DNA of 40,482 bases, from positions 1 to 40,482 of the forward strand of contig JBGPXN010000024.1 of NCBI GenBank assembly GCA_041492755.1. Direction: 5' to 3'. Position numbers and translations under genes: made by a program. A model generated the notes under the pieces. The model was not told where the DNA came from. It worked only from the letters and a program-made list of their open reading frames with translations, and ran no database searches. Positions 27,394-36,058 of the stretch are shown here, piece by piece; positions within the stretch are counted from its first letter, which is position 1; each line of letters begins with the position of its first letter. The stretch comes from Candidatus Methylomirabilia bacterium. GTDB lineage: Bacteria; Methylomirabilota; Methylomirabilia; Rokubacteriales; CSP1-6.

Positions 27394-28334
27394 CCGCTCT
27401 CTCCCGAGACTGGTCCCAGGATACGATCCAGGGACGTCTGCCACTCCGTGAGGGCGCCGTGCGCGTCGGCCAGGCTCACCGCGCGAAATCTCACGGGTTG
27501 CCCGGGCTTGACCTGCCCCAGCCGTCCGACGTCAACGGAGCAGACGGTCGCCACCTTGGTGTAGCCACCAGTGGATTGTCGGTCGACCAGCAGCACGATC
27601 GGCTGCCCGTCGCCCGGCACCTGTACGCTTCCGAGCGCGATTCCGTCGGAGATGATGTCATGGCCGCGCGTATGTGCGATCCGGGGTCCCCGGAGCCGGG
27701 CGCCCATGCGGTCCGACTGGGGAAGCATCTCATATTCCCCCCCGAGGAAGGCCGCGATTCCGTCCGGGGTGAAGCGTTCGGCCTGGGGTCCGAGCACCAC
27801 ACGGAGGCCATCCGGGGCGCCGAGGTCGGCGACGGCGGTTTCCGGCACGCGCCGGATGGCCGGGAGGGCCGCGGGAAACAATCGCAGCTCATCGTCCGTG
27901 CGCAGCGCGCGGCCATCGAGTCCACCGAGACGCCCCCGCAGATACGTCGAGCGCGAGCCCAGGACGAGCGGCACGTCGACACCACCGGAGAAGGCGACGT
28001 ACGCGCGGACGCCGCGCGCCGACGGTCCCAGCCGCACGACGTCGCCGGCGCGCAGGTGGATCGTCGTCCACCTTGGCGCCTCGGCGCCGTTGAGCGTGAC
28101 CGGCATCGCGGCACCCGTCACCGCCACCGCGCAGTCGGCCCGCGCTTCGAAGCGCGGGCCCAGGACCGTGCACTCGAGCGCGGCCGCGGTGTCGGGATTG
28201 CCCACGAGCCGGTTCGCGAGGAGGAACGAGCGCACGTCCATCGGTCCCGAGGGGGGAATGCCGTAGCGGAGCTGGCCGGGGCGGCCGCGATCCTGGACCG
28301 TCGTCTGGGCGCCGGCGTCCAGGATGCGGATCAT
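27390..28334 (-). CDS. pxpC: 5-oxoprolinase subunit C (KipA-like)
   Basis: TVQDRGRPG, ANRLVGN, GSRSTY, SDRMG, GSVQVP.DGQPIVL, TGGY. Confidence 0.93.
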   Translation of the reverse strand: MIRILDAGAQTTVQDRGRPGQLRYGIPPSGPMDVRSFLLANRLVGNPDTAAALECTVLGPRFEARADCAVAVTGAAMPVTLNGAEAPRWTTIHLRAGDVVRLGPSARGVRAYVAFSGGVDVPLVLGSRSTYLRGRLGGLDGRALRTDDELRLFPAALPAIRRVPETAVADLGAPDGLRVVLGPQAERFTPDGIAAFLGGEYEMLPQSDRMGARLRGPRIAHTRGHDIISDGIALGSVQVPGDGQPIVLLVDRQSTGGYTKVATVCSVDVGRLGQVKPGQPVRFRAVSLADAHGALTEWQTSLDRILGPVSGESG

Positions 28335-28357
28335 TCGATCACCGGCCTGGCGATCAT
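28331..28357 (-). other. 8-aa ORF MIARPVIE created by a junction duplication between pxpB and pxpC
   Basis: 14-bp direct repeat GATCATTCGATCAC at 28329-28342 and 28352-28365; ATGA overlaps at both ends. Confidence 0.7.
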
Positions 28358-29070
28358 TCGATCACGGGCTTGAAGGTCCGCGCGGCCACCGTGGCCTCGA
28401 TCGCGTCGAACTCGACGCGATCGATCGGCCGAAAGCGCACCCGGTCGCCGGGGCGGAGCAAGATGGGGTCGGACGCGCCCGGGTCGTAGAGGCGCAGTGG
28501 AGTCCTTCCGAGAATCCAGTAGCCGCCGGGGCTCTCGACCGAGTAGATGCAGCACTGGATGCCGCCGATGCCGACGCTCCCCGCCGGGACTTTCGTCCGC
28601 GGCGTCTCCAGCCGCGGCAGTTGAATCCCCTCCGGCACCGTCGTGTACGGCAGTCCCGGCGTGAAACCGATGAAGTACACGAGGTACTCGGCCCCCGCGT
28701 GCAGGCGAACGACCTCGTCCACCGAAAGTCCCAGCCGTGCCGCGGCCGCCTCCACGTCGAGCCCGAGCGCGGGCTCGTAGCAGCAGGGCAGCTCCACGTT
28801 GCGCGAGGGCGGGAGCACCGCGGTGCCGGCCTGCGCCGCGAGGGCGTCGATGCCGGCGCACAGCCGATCGTATCCGGTGACCCGCGGGTCGTAGTACACG
28901 AGGAGCGAGCGGAAGGTCGGCACCATCTCGACCACGCCGGGCAGGCCCTTCTGCTGGATGAGGAACTCCAGCGCCCGGACGCGGGTGTTGACGTCGACGC
29001 TGATCTCCTCGGCGAACTCGACGCAGACGGCGAGATCGCCCGCGGGCTCGAACCTCAGACGGTCTCTCAG
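28354..29070 (-). CDS. pxpB: 5-oxoprolinase subunit B (KipI-like); start uncertain (CTG 29070 or GTG 29106)
   Basis: RFEPAGD, VPTFRSLLVYYDP, IGFTPGLPY, GSVGIGG, SPGGYWILGRT, PGDRVRF; no ATG at the expected start. Confidence 0.9.
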   Translation of the reverse strand: MRDRLRFEPAGDLAVCVEFAEEISVDVNTRVRALEFLIQQKGLPGVVEMVPTFRSLLVYYDPRVTGYDRLCAGIDALAAQAGTAVLPPSRNVELPCCYEPALGLDVEAAAARLGLSVDEVVRLHAGAEYLVYFIGFTPGLPYTTVPEGIQLPRLETPRTKVPAGSVGIGGIQCCIYSVESPGGYWILGRTPLRLYDPGASDPILLRPGDRVRFRPIDRVEFDAIEATVAARTFKPVIE

Positions 29071-29092
29071 GGCCTGTGAGCGAATCGCGAAC

Positions 29093-29348
29093 TCGAGGAG
29101 CGCCACGGCTTTGCCGGGGCGCTGCCGAGCGTCTGGGGGGTGTGGGGGGCCATGCCCGGGCCCTCGGACACGAATGACAGGACACGAGGAGCGCCCCGGG
29201 TTTCCCGGGGCGCTGCCGAGCGTTGGGGGGCATGGGGGGCCATGTCCGGGCCCTCGGACACGAATGACGGGACACGAGGAGCGCCCCGGGTTTCCCGGGG
29301 CGCTGCCGAGCGTTGGGGGGCATGGGGGGCCATGTCCGGGCCCCCCAT
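29093..29348 (+). repeat. Family 1 repeat, copy E: three tandem ~90-bp units
   Basis: (T/A)CGAGGAGCG at 29093, 29184 and 29274; perfect hairpin AGCGCCCCGGG-TTT-CCCGGGGCGCT in units 2 and 3; terminal TGGGGGGCC..GGCCCCCCA abuts the upstream gene's TAG. Confidence 0.93.
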
Positions 29349-30137
29349 CTAAAAGGCCGCCAGCGCGGAGTTGGGGACGTCGGTGATGAACATGTGCCCG
29401 GGGCTGTGCGTGATCATGAACGGCAGGCGGGAGGCGAGCGCCACCGCCTGGGGCGTCACGCCGCACGCCCAGAACACGGGGACGTCGCCGGCGTCGAAGT
29501 GCTGCGCGTCGCCCCAGTCCGGACGCGCGATGTCCCTGATGCCGATCGCGGCGGGGTCACCGATGTGGATCGGCGCGCCGTGCGCGCCGGGAAACCGGGC
29601 GCTCGCGGTCACCGCCTTCGACAGCTGCGCGGCCGGGACTGGACGCATGGAAACGACCATCGGGCCGTGGAACGCGCCGGCGGGACGACAGGCCATCGAC
29701 GTCTGCCACATCGCGACGTTCTTGCCGTGCTCGACGTGCCAGAGACGGATGCCGGCCTCGAGCAGCGCCCACTCGAACGTGAACGAACAGCCGAGCAGGA
29801 AGGCCACGAGGTCGTCGCGCCAGTATGGCGTCACGTCGGTGACCTCGTCGGCAACCGCGCCGTCCTTGTAGATACGGTAGCGCGGGATGTCGGTGCGCAG
29901 GTCGGCGCCGGGCGCCACCCCCACCGGCTCCGGCGAGCCGACGTCCGTCACTTCGATCAGCGGACACGGCCGCGGGTTGCGCTGGCAGAAGAGCAGGAAG
30001 TCGTACGCGTAGTCGCGGGGCAGGACGGCCAGGTTCGCCTGCACGTGGCCGGCGCCGAGGCCCGCGGTGACGCCGGTCAGCTTGCCGGCGCGGATGTCGG
30101 CCCGGATCTCTCGCGGATGGCGGGTGTCGATCGGCAT
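29349..30137 (-). CDS. DUF1445/YcsI putative hydro-lyase (D-glutamate cyclase family)
   Basis: VQANLAVLP, FCQRNPRPCP, RTDIPRY, GCSFTFE, MVVSMRP, FWACGVTPQ, HSPGHMFITD. Confidence 0.92.
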   Translation of the reverse strand: MPIDTRHPREIRADIRAGKLTGVTAGLGAGHVQANLAVLPRDYAYDFLLFCQRNPRPCPLIEVTDVGSPEPVGVAPGADLRTDIPRYRIYKDGAVADEVTDVTPYWRDDLVAFLLGCSFTFEWALLEAGIRLWHVEHGKNVAMWQTSMACRPAGAFHGPMVVSMRPVPAAQLSKAVTASARFPGAHGAPIHIGDPAAIGIRDIARPDWGDAQHFDAGDVPVFWACGVTPQAVALASRLPFMITHSPGHMFITDVPNSALAAF

Positions 30138-30158
30138 GGCGAGTATTTTACTTCCGGG

Positions 30159-30896
30159 TTACTTCCGGGCCAGCACGACCAGACGGGGGGCGTCGAGCGA
30201 GAAGGGAGTGCCGTCGAGACCGCCGTAGAGCTCGACCCGGCTCCAGCGCTCGGGCCGCAGCATCGCGCGCAGCTCGTGCGCGGAGTAGAGACGGATCTCG
30301 CTGTCACCGATGACGATCGCCTGGCCGCTGGCGGGCATGCGCCACCAGCGCGCGTGCCACCGGCTCGTGAGCGGATCGAACGAGTTCTCGATCTTGAGCG
30401 TCCAGTCACCCACGCGCCGACGCTCTTCCGGCGGCAGCGACCGGACACTCTGATCGCGGTTGCGCGTGTCGAGCACGAACACGCCGCCGGGAACGAGGGC
30501 ACGCCAGAAACGGTCGAGGAGCAACCGGTCCTCGTCGTCGGAGAAATACCCGATGGAGCTGTAGAGGTTGACGGCGACGTCGAAGGTGCCGGCGAACTCC
30601 ATGTCGCGCATGTCCTGGCAGAACAACCCGACTTCGACCCCGGCGCTCGCCGCGGCCTCGCGGGCTCGCGCGACCTCGGTCTCGTTGAAGTCCACCGCGG
30701 TCACGCGATAGCCGCGGCGCGCGAACTCCACGGAGTGGCGGCCGAAGCCGCAGGGCGCGTCGAGGACGCGGGCGCCCGCGCCGATGCGGGTGACCCCGAC
30801 GATCCAGTCGACGTCGCGGGCCGCGTCGGTGGGCGACTCCATGGCCGGGGAGATCGCCGGCCACGCCTCCCGGAAGAACCGCTCGCTCTCGAACAC
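30159..30896 (-). CDS. Class I SAM-dependent methyltransferase
   Basis: RVLDAPCGFGRH motif I, DMR, SIGYF, LVPGGVFVLD; GTG 30896 lies 7 nt after TATAAT. Confidence 0.9.
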   Translation of the reverse strand: MFESERFFREAWPAISPAMESPTDAARDVDWIVGVTRIGAGARVLDAPCGFGRHSVEFARRGYRVTAVDFNETEVARAREAAASAGVEVGLFCQDMRDMEFAGTFDVAVNLYSSIGYFSDDEDRLLLDRFWRALVPGGVFVLDTRNRDQSVRSLPPEERRRVGDWTLKIENSFDPLTSRWHARWWRMPASGQAIVIGDSEIRLYSAHELRAMLRPERWSRVELYGGLDGTPFSLDAPRLVVLARK

Positions 30897-30979
30897 GCCG
30901 GCGATTATACGGCGGCGCGCGGGCTGGTGGGTATGCACGCCGCGCTCGTCCCGGACACCGCGTGTTATCGTCTGCGCCC

Positions 30980-31033
30980 ATGACCACTCTCCTCACGGGC
31001 GCGCTCGCGTCCATCGGCATCTGGATGAGATGA
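30980..31033 (+). other. 17-aa small ORF MTTLLTGALASIGIWMR coupled to the GNAT gene
   Basis: TG-T-TATCGT extended -10 lies 8 nt before ATG 30980; its TGA overlaps the GNAT ATG (ATGA). Confidence 0.5.
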
Positions 31034-31536
31034 GCGACCTTCGCATCCGCGCCGCCACCGTGGCCGACGCCGACGCCATCTGCCGCATCTACAACCAGGG
31101 CATCGAGGACCGCGTGGCCACGCTGGAGACGGAGCTGCGGACGCCTGACGAGCGGCGCTCGTGGCTCGCGGGGCGGAGTCCGCGCCATCCCGTGATCGTC
31201 GCCGAACACGACCGGCAGCTCGTCGGCTGGGCGAGCCTGAACGTGTTCAACGCGCGCGCGGCGTACCGCTTCGTCGCCGACATCTCGGTGTACGTCGATC
31301 GCGCCGCGCGCGGCAAGGGCGTCGGCAACGCGCTGATGCCCCGACTGGTCGAGCTCGGCCGCGAGCACGGCTTCCACAAGCTCGTGCTCTCCGCGTTTCC
31401 GACCAACACCGGCGGGATGGCGCTCTACACCAAGCACGGCTTCCGCACCGTCGGCATCTACGAGGAACAGGGCCAGCTCGACGGCCACTGGGTCGACACC
31501 ATCATCATGGAGAAGATTCTCTCGAAGGGGGGCTAA
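31030..31536 (+). CDS. GNAT N-acetyltransferase, ArsN1/phosphinothricin acetyltransferase-like
   Basis: IYNQGIEDRVATLET, GWASLN, ISVYV, RGKGVG, LYTKHGF, GHWVD. Confidence 0.88.
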   Translation: MSDLRIRAATVADADAICRIYNQGIEDRVATLETELRTPDERRSWLAGRSPRHPVIVAEHDRQLVGWASLNVFNARAAYRFVADISVYVDRAARGKGVGNALMPRLVELGREHGFHKLVLSAFPTNTGGMALYTKHGFRTVGIYEEQGQLDGHWVDTIIMEKILSKGG

Positions 31537-31571
31537 CCTCCCCGGAGGGGCCGATCCGTCGCGACTCGGTT

Positions 31572-32057
31572 CTACTGGCGCGGGTCGGGGTGGGCAAGGA
31601 CTTCGGCGGTCTGGGCCTCGCGATACTTCCGGAGCGCGTCGCGGTACTGGGAGTGCTTGGTGGCGAGGATCGCGGTGGCGAGGAGCGCGGCGTTGACGGC
31701 GCCGGCGTGGCCGACGGCGAGCGTGCCGACCGGGATGCCGGCGGGCATCTGGACCATCGAGAGCAGCGAGTCGAGGCCCTGGAGGCGAGATTCCATCGGC
31801 ACGCCCAGGACGGGAAGCAGGGTCCTGGCCGCGGTGGCGCCGGGAAGGGCGGCCGCGCCTCCCGCGGCGGCGATGATCACTTCCAACCCCCGCTGCTCGG
31901 CCGACTGCGCGTAGTCGACGAGCTCGTCCGGGGTGCGATGCGCGGACAGCACGCGCACTTCGTACGGCACGCCGAGGCCGTCCAGCGTGCGGGCGGTGTG
32001 CGCCATCGTTTCCCAGTCCGACCTCGAGCCCATGACGATGCCGACGAGTGGTGGCAT
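31572..32057 (-). CDS. purE: N5-CAIR mutase
   Basis: [34 protein letters not shown]. Confidence 0.96.
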   Translation of the reverse strand: MPPLVGIVMGSRSDWETMAHTARTLDGLGVPYEVRVLSAHRTPDELVDYAQSAEQRGLEVIIAAAGGAAALPGATAARTLLPVLGVPMESRLQGLDSLLSMVQMPAGIPVGTLAVGHAGAVNAALLATAILATKHSQYRDALRKYREAQTAEVLAHPDPRQ

Positions 32058-32230
32058 GGCGCCGATTCTACGTCACCCGGCCGTGGCCACCCCGCCCGAT
32101 CGCGGTGTCACGCGACGTCACCCAACCGGCCCGGCCGCGACCGCCGGCTCGGGCGCATCGGCCCGGACCCGGCTCATGAACGGGATGAGGACCCACGCCA
32201 ACGGTTGTGGTATATGTATGCGCCAGTTTC

Positions 32231-32992
32231 ATGCCTGATTCGACTCGCGCGCTCGTGCGAGGCTTCCTCGCTGGACTGCTCCTGATCGCGGGAGGATGCG
32301 CCTGGCTCAAGCCGGCGCCGACGCCCATCCTGCCGCCGGAGGAGCTCTATTCCAACGGCGAGACCGAGCTCGAGAAGAAGCGGTACGAGGAGGCGCGGAC
32401 GAGCTTCAGCAAGATCGTCGAGCGTCACGCCAACTCCTCGGCCGCGCCGCGGGCGCGGTTCCTCATCGGCGAGACGTTCTACCGGGAAGGCGAGTTCGAC
32501 AAGGCCATCAAGGAGTTCGAGGCCTTCATGGCCTTCTACCCGCAGCACCAGATCGCCGACCTCGTCCAGTACCGCCTCGCCATGGCCTTCTACGATCAGC
32601 TCAAGCCCATCGAGCAGGACCAGACGCTGGCCAAGAAGGCGCTCGACCAATTCAAGCGCCTGGTGAAGGATTACCCGGAGAGCCGCTACGCCACCGACGC
32701 GCTGGCCAAGATCGACGTCTGCCGCGGGCGCCTCGCCCAGAAGGAAGTCTGGGTGGCGACGTACTACTTCAACAGCGGCAACCCGGGCGGGGCCCGGCAG
32801 CGGCTGGAGCTGGTGCTGAAGGATTACGCGCGGACGCTGGTCATCCCGGAGGCGCTGTGGCTGCTCGCCGAGGTAAACTTCCGCGAGGGCCGCGTCCCCG
32901 AGGCCGAAGGCCTCCTGCGCCGGCTGGCGGGCGAATACTCGTATACGCAATACGGCCGCCGCGCCGTCCAGCGGTTGAGCGCCCAAAGGTAG
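32231..32992 (+). CDS. bamD: Outer-membrane assembly lipoprotein BamD
   Basis: Lipoprotein signal LLLIAGG-C; TPR repeats; FYPQH, EQDQT, YPESRYA, LAQKEVWVATYY. Confidence 0.88.
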   Translation: MPDSTRALVRGFLAGLLLIAGGCAWLKPAPTPILPPEELYSNGETELEKKRYEEARTSFSKIVERHANSSAAPRARFLIGETFYREGEFDKAIKEFEAFMAFYPQHQIADLVQYRLAMAFYDQLKPIEQDQTLAKKALDQFKRLVKDYPESRYATDALAKIDVCRGRLAQKEVWVATYYFNSGNPGGARQRLELVLKDYARTLVIPEALWLLAEVNFREGRVPEAEGLLRRLAGEYSYTQYGRRAVQRLSAQR

Positions 32993-33000
32993 GTGACCCC

Positions 33001-34038
33001 GTGCACGACATCGTCGACCTTCGCTCCGACACCCTGACGCTCCCCACCCCCGAGATGCGCGAGGCGATGGCGTGCGCGGACGTCGGCGACGACGTGTGGG
33101 AGGAGGATCCGACCGTCAAGCGTCTGGAGGCGACGGCCGCCGAGCGCATGGGCAAGCCGGCCGGGCTGTTCGTGGCCTCCGGCACCCAGGGCAACCTGAT
33201 CTCCGTGCTGGCCCAGACCCAACCCGGCCAGGAGCTCGTGTGCGATCTCGACGCGCACGTCTTCAACTACGAGGTCGCGGGCGCGGCGGTCATCGGCAAC
33301 GTGCAGACGCGGCCGGTAAAGACCGAGCGCGGCTTTCTCTCCCCCGCCCAGGTCCGCGAGGCCATTCGTCCCGCCAACATCCACATTCCCCCCACGGGGC
33401 TCGTGTGTCTGGAGAACACGCACAACCGCCACGGCGGGACGTGCTGCACGCCCGAGGAGATCGCCGCCGTGGCAGACGCCGCTCACGGCGCGGGCGTGCC
33501 GGTGCACCTCGACGGCGCGCGCCTCTTCAACGCGGCGGTTGCGCTCGGGCGTCCGGCGCGGGAGTTCACCCGCCACGTCGATTCGGTGACGTTCTGCCTG
33601 TCCAAGGGGCTGGCGGCCCCCGTCGGCTCGGTGATCTGCGGCAGCCCGGAGCTCGTGGCGCGCGCCCGGCGCATCCGCAAGATGCTGGGTGGCGGCATGC
33701 GCCAGGTGGGCATCCTGGCCGCAGCCGGGCTCGTCGCGCTGGAGCGCATGGTCGACCGGCTGGCCGACGACCACGCCAACGCGCGCACGCTGGCCGAAGG
33801 CGTCGCCCGTCTGCCGCGGATCCGGCTCGAGCTGGCCACCGTGCAGACGAACATCGTCATCTTCTTCGTCGATCGGGCGGACGGCGTGGCCGAGCTGGTG
33901 CAAGCCTGCGCGGCCCGCAAGGTGAAGGTCCACGGCATCGGTCCCACGTCCATCCGCTGTGTCACGCACAAGGATGTCGACGCCGACGACATCGCGCGGA
34001 CGCTCGACGCCTTCCGCGAGATCACGGCAAAATGGTAG
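33001..34038 (+). CDS. ltaE: Low-specificity L-threonine aldolase
   Basis: DLRSDT, VGDDV..EDPTV, SGTQGN, ENTHN, HLDGAR, CLSKGL.APVG, GGGMRQ. Confidence 0.95.
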   Translation: MHDIVDLRSDTLTLPTPEMREAMACADVGDDVWEEDPTVKRLEATAAERMGKPAGLFVASGTQGNLISVLAQTQPGQELVCDLDAHVFNYEVAGAAVIGNVQTRPVKTERGFLSPAQVREAIRPANIHIPPTGLVCLENTHNRHGGTCCTPEEIAAVADAAHGAGVPVHLDGARLFNAAVALGRPAREFTRHVDSVTFCLSKGLAAPVGSVICGSPELVARARRIRKMLGGGMRQVGILAAAGLVALERMVDRLADDHANARTLAEGVARLPRIRLELATVQTNIVIFFVDRADGVAELVQACAARKVKVHGIGPTSIRCVTHKDVDADDIARTLDAFREITAKW

Positions 34039-34058
34039 TCATCTAGCCGGGAGGTCCC

Positions 34059-35036
34059 ATGGCGGAACGCCTTCTCGACGTCAAGGGCTTGAAAACGCAC
34101 TTCTTCACCGACGAGGGCGTGGTGCGCGCCGTCGACGGCATCGACCTGTACATCGAAAAGGGCGAAACGCTCGGGATCGTCGGCGAGTCGGGCTGCGGCA
34201 AGAGCGTGACCGCACTGTCCATCATGCGACTGATCGCGACGCCGCCCGGCCGCATCGTCGAGGGCGAGATCATCTACAACGGGCGGAACCTCCTGAAGCT
34301 CTCCAATGCCGAGATGCGCAAGATCCGCGGCAAGGAGATCTCGATGATCTTCCAGGAGCCCATGACCTCGCTCAACCCGGTCTTCACCGTGGGCGAGCAG
34401 ATCGCGGAGGCCGTCCGCCTCCACGAGGGTCTTGGGCGTCGCGACGCCATGGACAAGACGGTGGAGATGCTGAAGCTCGTGCACATCCCCAACGCCGAGC
34501 GCCGGGTGAAGGAATATCCGCACCAGCTCTCGGGCGGCATGCGGCAGCGGATCATGATCGCCATGGCGTTGTCGTGCAATCCCAAGCTGCTCATCGCCGA
34601 CGAGCCGACGACCGCGCTCGACGTCACCATTCAGGCGCAGATCCTGGAATTGCTCAACGAGCTGAAGGCCAGGTTCAACATGGCCATCATGCTCATCACC
34701 CACGACATGGGCGTCATCGCGGAGACGGCCCAGCGCGTCGTCGTCATGTACGCGGCGCAGGTGGTGGAAGAGGCGCCCGTCAAGGACCTGTTCAAGGAGC
34801 CGCTCCACCCGTACACCCAGGGCCTCCTGCACTCGATCCCGCGCATCGACCTCGCGGCCACCCAGAAGCAGAAGCTGGAGGCGATCCCGGGCACGGTCCC
34901 GCAGCTGCGGGGCGACATCAAGCCGAGCTGCCGCTTCGCGCCGCGCTGCCAGTTCGCCAAGCCCACGCACTTCGAGAACACACCGCCGCTGAAGGAAGTC
35001 AGGCCGGGCCACAAGGTCGCCTGCTTCCTGTACTGA
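34059..35036 (+). CDS. Oligopeptide ABC ATPase (DppD-like)
   Basis: [31 protein letters not shown]. Confidence 0.95.
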   Translation: MAERLLDVKGLKTHFFTDEGVVRAVDGIDLYIEKGETLGIVGESGCGKSVTALSIMRLIATPPGRIVEGEIIYNGRNLLKLSNAEMRKIRGKEISMIFQEPMTSLNPVFTVGEQIAEAVRLHEGLGRRDAMDKTVEMLKLVHIPNAERRVKEYPHQLSGGMRQRIMIAMALSCNPKLLIADEPTTALDVTIQAQILELLNELKARFNMAIMLITHDMGVIAETAQRVVVMYAAQVVEEAPVKDLFKEPLHPYTQGLLHSIPRIDLAATQKQKLEAIPGTVPQLRGDIKPSCRFAPRCQFAKPTHFENTPPLKEVRPGHKVACFLY

Positions 35037-35044
35037 GGCACACC

Positions 35045-36031
35045 ATGGCCGACGCCCTGCTCCGGGTCCGCAACCTCAAGAAGTACTTCCCGATCCGCGG
35101 GGGCCTCTTTTCGCGTGAGGTCGCCCGCGTGCACGCCGTCGACGACGTCTCGTTCGAGATCATGGCCGGCGAGACGCTGGGCCTGGTCGGCGAGTCCGGC
35201 TGCGGAAAGTCCACGTCGGGGCGGTCGATCTTGCGATTGATCGAGCCCACGTCGGGCGAGGTGTGGTTTCAGGACAAGAACGTCACGACGCTGGACAAGC
35301 GGGCGCTGCGCGGGCTCCGGAAGGAAATGCAGATCATCTTCCAGGACCCCTACGCGTCGCTGAACCCGCGCATGACGGTGGGCTCGATCATCGGCGAGGC
35401 CCTCGTCATCCACAAACTCGCGCGCGGCCGGCGCGAGCGTGAAGAGCGCGTGGTCCAGCTCCTGGAAACGGTCGGACTCGCGCCCGACCATCTGCGGCGC
35501 TACCCGCACGAGTTCTCGGGCGGCCAGCGGCAGCGCATCGGCATCGCCCGCGCGCTGGCCGTGAGCCCGAAGCTCATCGTGGCCGACGAGCCGGTGTCCG
35601 CGCTCGACGTATCGATCCAGGCCCAGATCATCAACCTGCTCGAGGACCTCCAGGCAAAGTTCGGCCTCACCTATCTCTTCATCGCCCACGACCTCTCGGT
35701 CGTCGAGCACATCTCCACCCGCGTGGCGGTGATGTACCTCGGGAAGATCGTCGAGATCGCGCCGGCGAGAGAGCTATACACGAATCCGAAGCACCCCTAC
35801 ACCGAGGCTCTGCTGTCCGCCGTTCCGATTCCGGATCCCACGATGAAGCGGAAGCGGATCCTGCTCGAGGGCGACGTTCCGAGCCCCATCAACCCACCGT
35901 CGGGTTGCCGCTTCCACACCCGCTGCGCGATCCGGATCCCGGCGTGCTCCGTGAACGAGCAGGTGCTGCAGGAAGTCTCGCCGGGCCACTGGGTCGCCTG
36001 CCAGGTCCGGACGGGCGTCGTCGTCAAGTAG
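35045..36031 (+). CDS. Oligopeptide ABC ATPase (DppF-like)
   Basis: MADALL start; [36 protein letters not shown]. Confidence 0.95.
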   Translation: MADALLRVRNLKKYFPIRGGLFSREVARVHAVDDVSFEIMAGETLGLVGESGCGKSTSGRSILRLIEPTSGEVWFQDKNVTTLDKRALRGLRKEMQIIFQDPYASLNPRMTVGSIIGEALVIHKLARGRREREERVVQLLETVGLAPDHLRRYPHEFSGGQRQRIGIARALAVSPKLIVADEPVSALDVSIQAQIINLLEDLQAKFGLTYLFIAHDLSVVEHISTRVAVMYLGKIVEIAPARELYTNPKHPYTEALLSAVPIPDPTMKRKRILLEGDVPSPINPPSGCRFHTRCAIRIPACSVNEQVLQEVSPGHWVACQVRTGVVVK

Positions 36032-36058
36032 CGCACGCCGCGCGGTAGCCCGGAACCC

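Noticed and set aside
16191..31536. An arsenic-resistance system linking the ArsC-like and ArsN1-like genes
   Set aside because: They are ~14 kb apart, the ArsC-like protein lacks Cys, and no arsR, arsB or acr3 is present.
33959..36031. 690-aa ORF, and similar long N-terminal extensions at 20313-22901, 24794-25942 and 32296-34038
   Set aside because: The extensions are alternative frames of the upstream genes; true starts were set from motifs, RBSs and overlaps.
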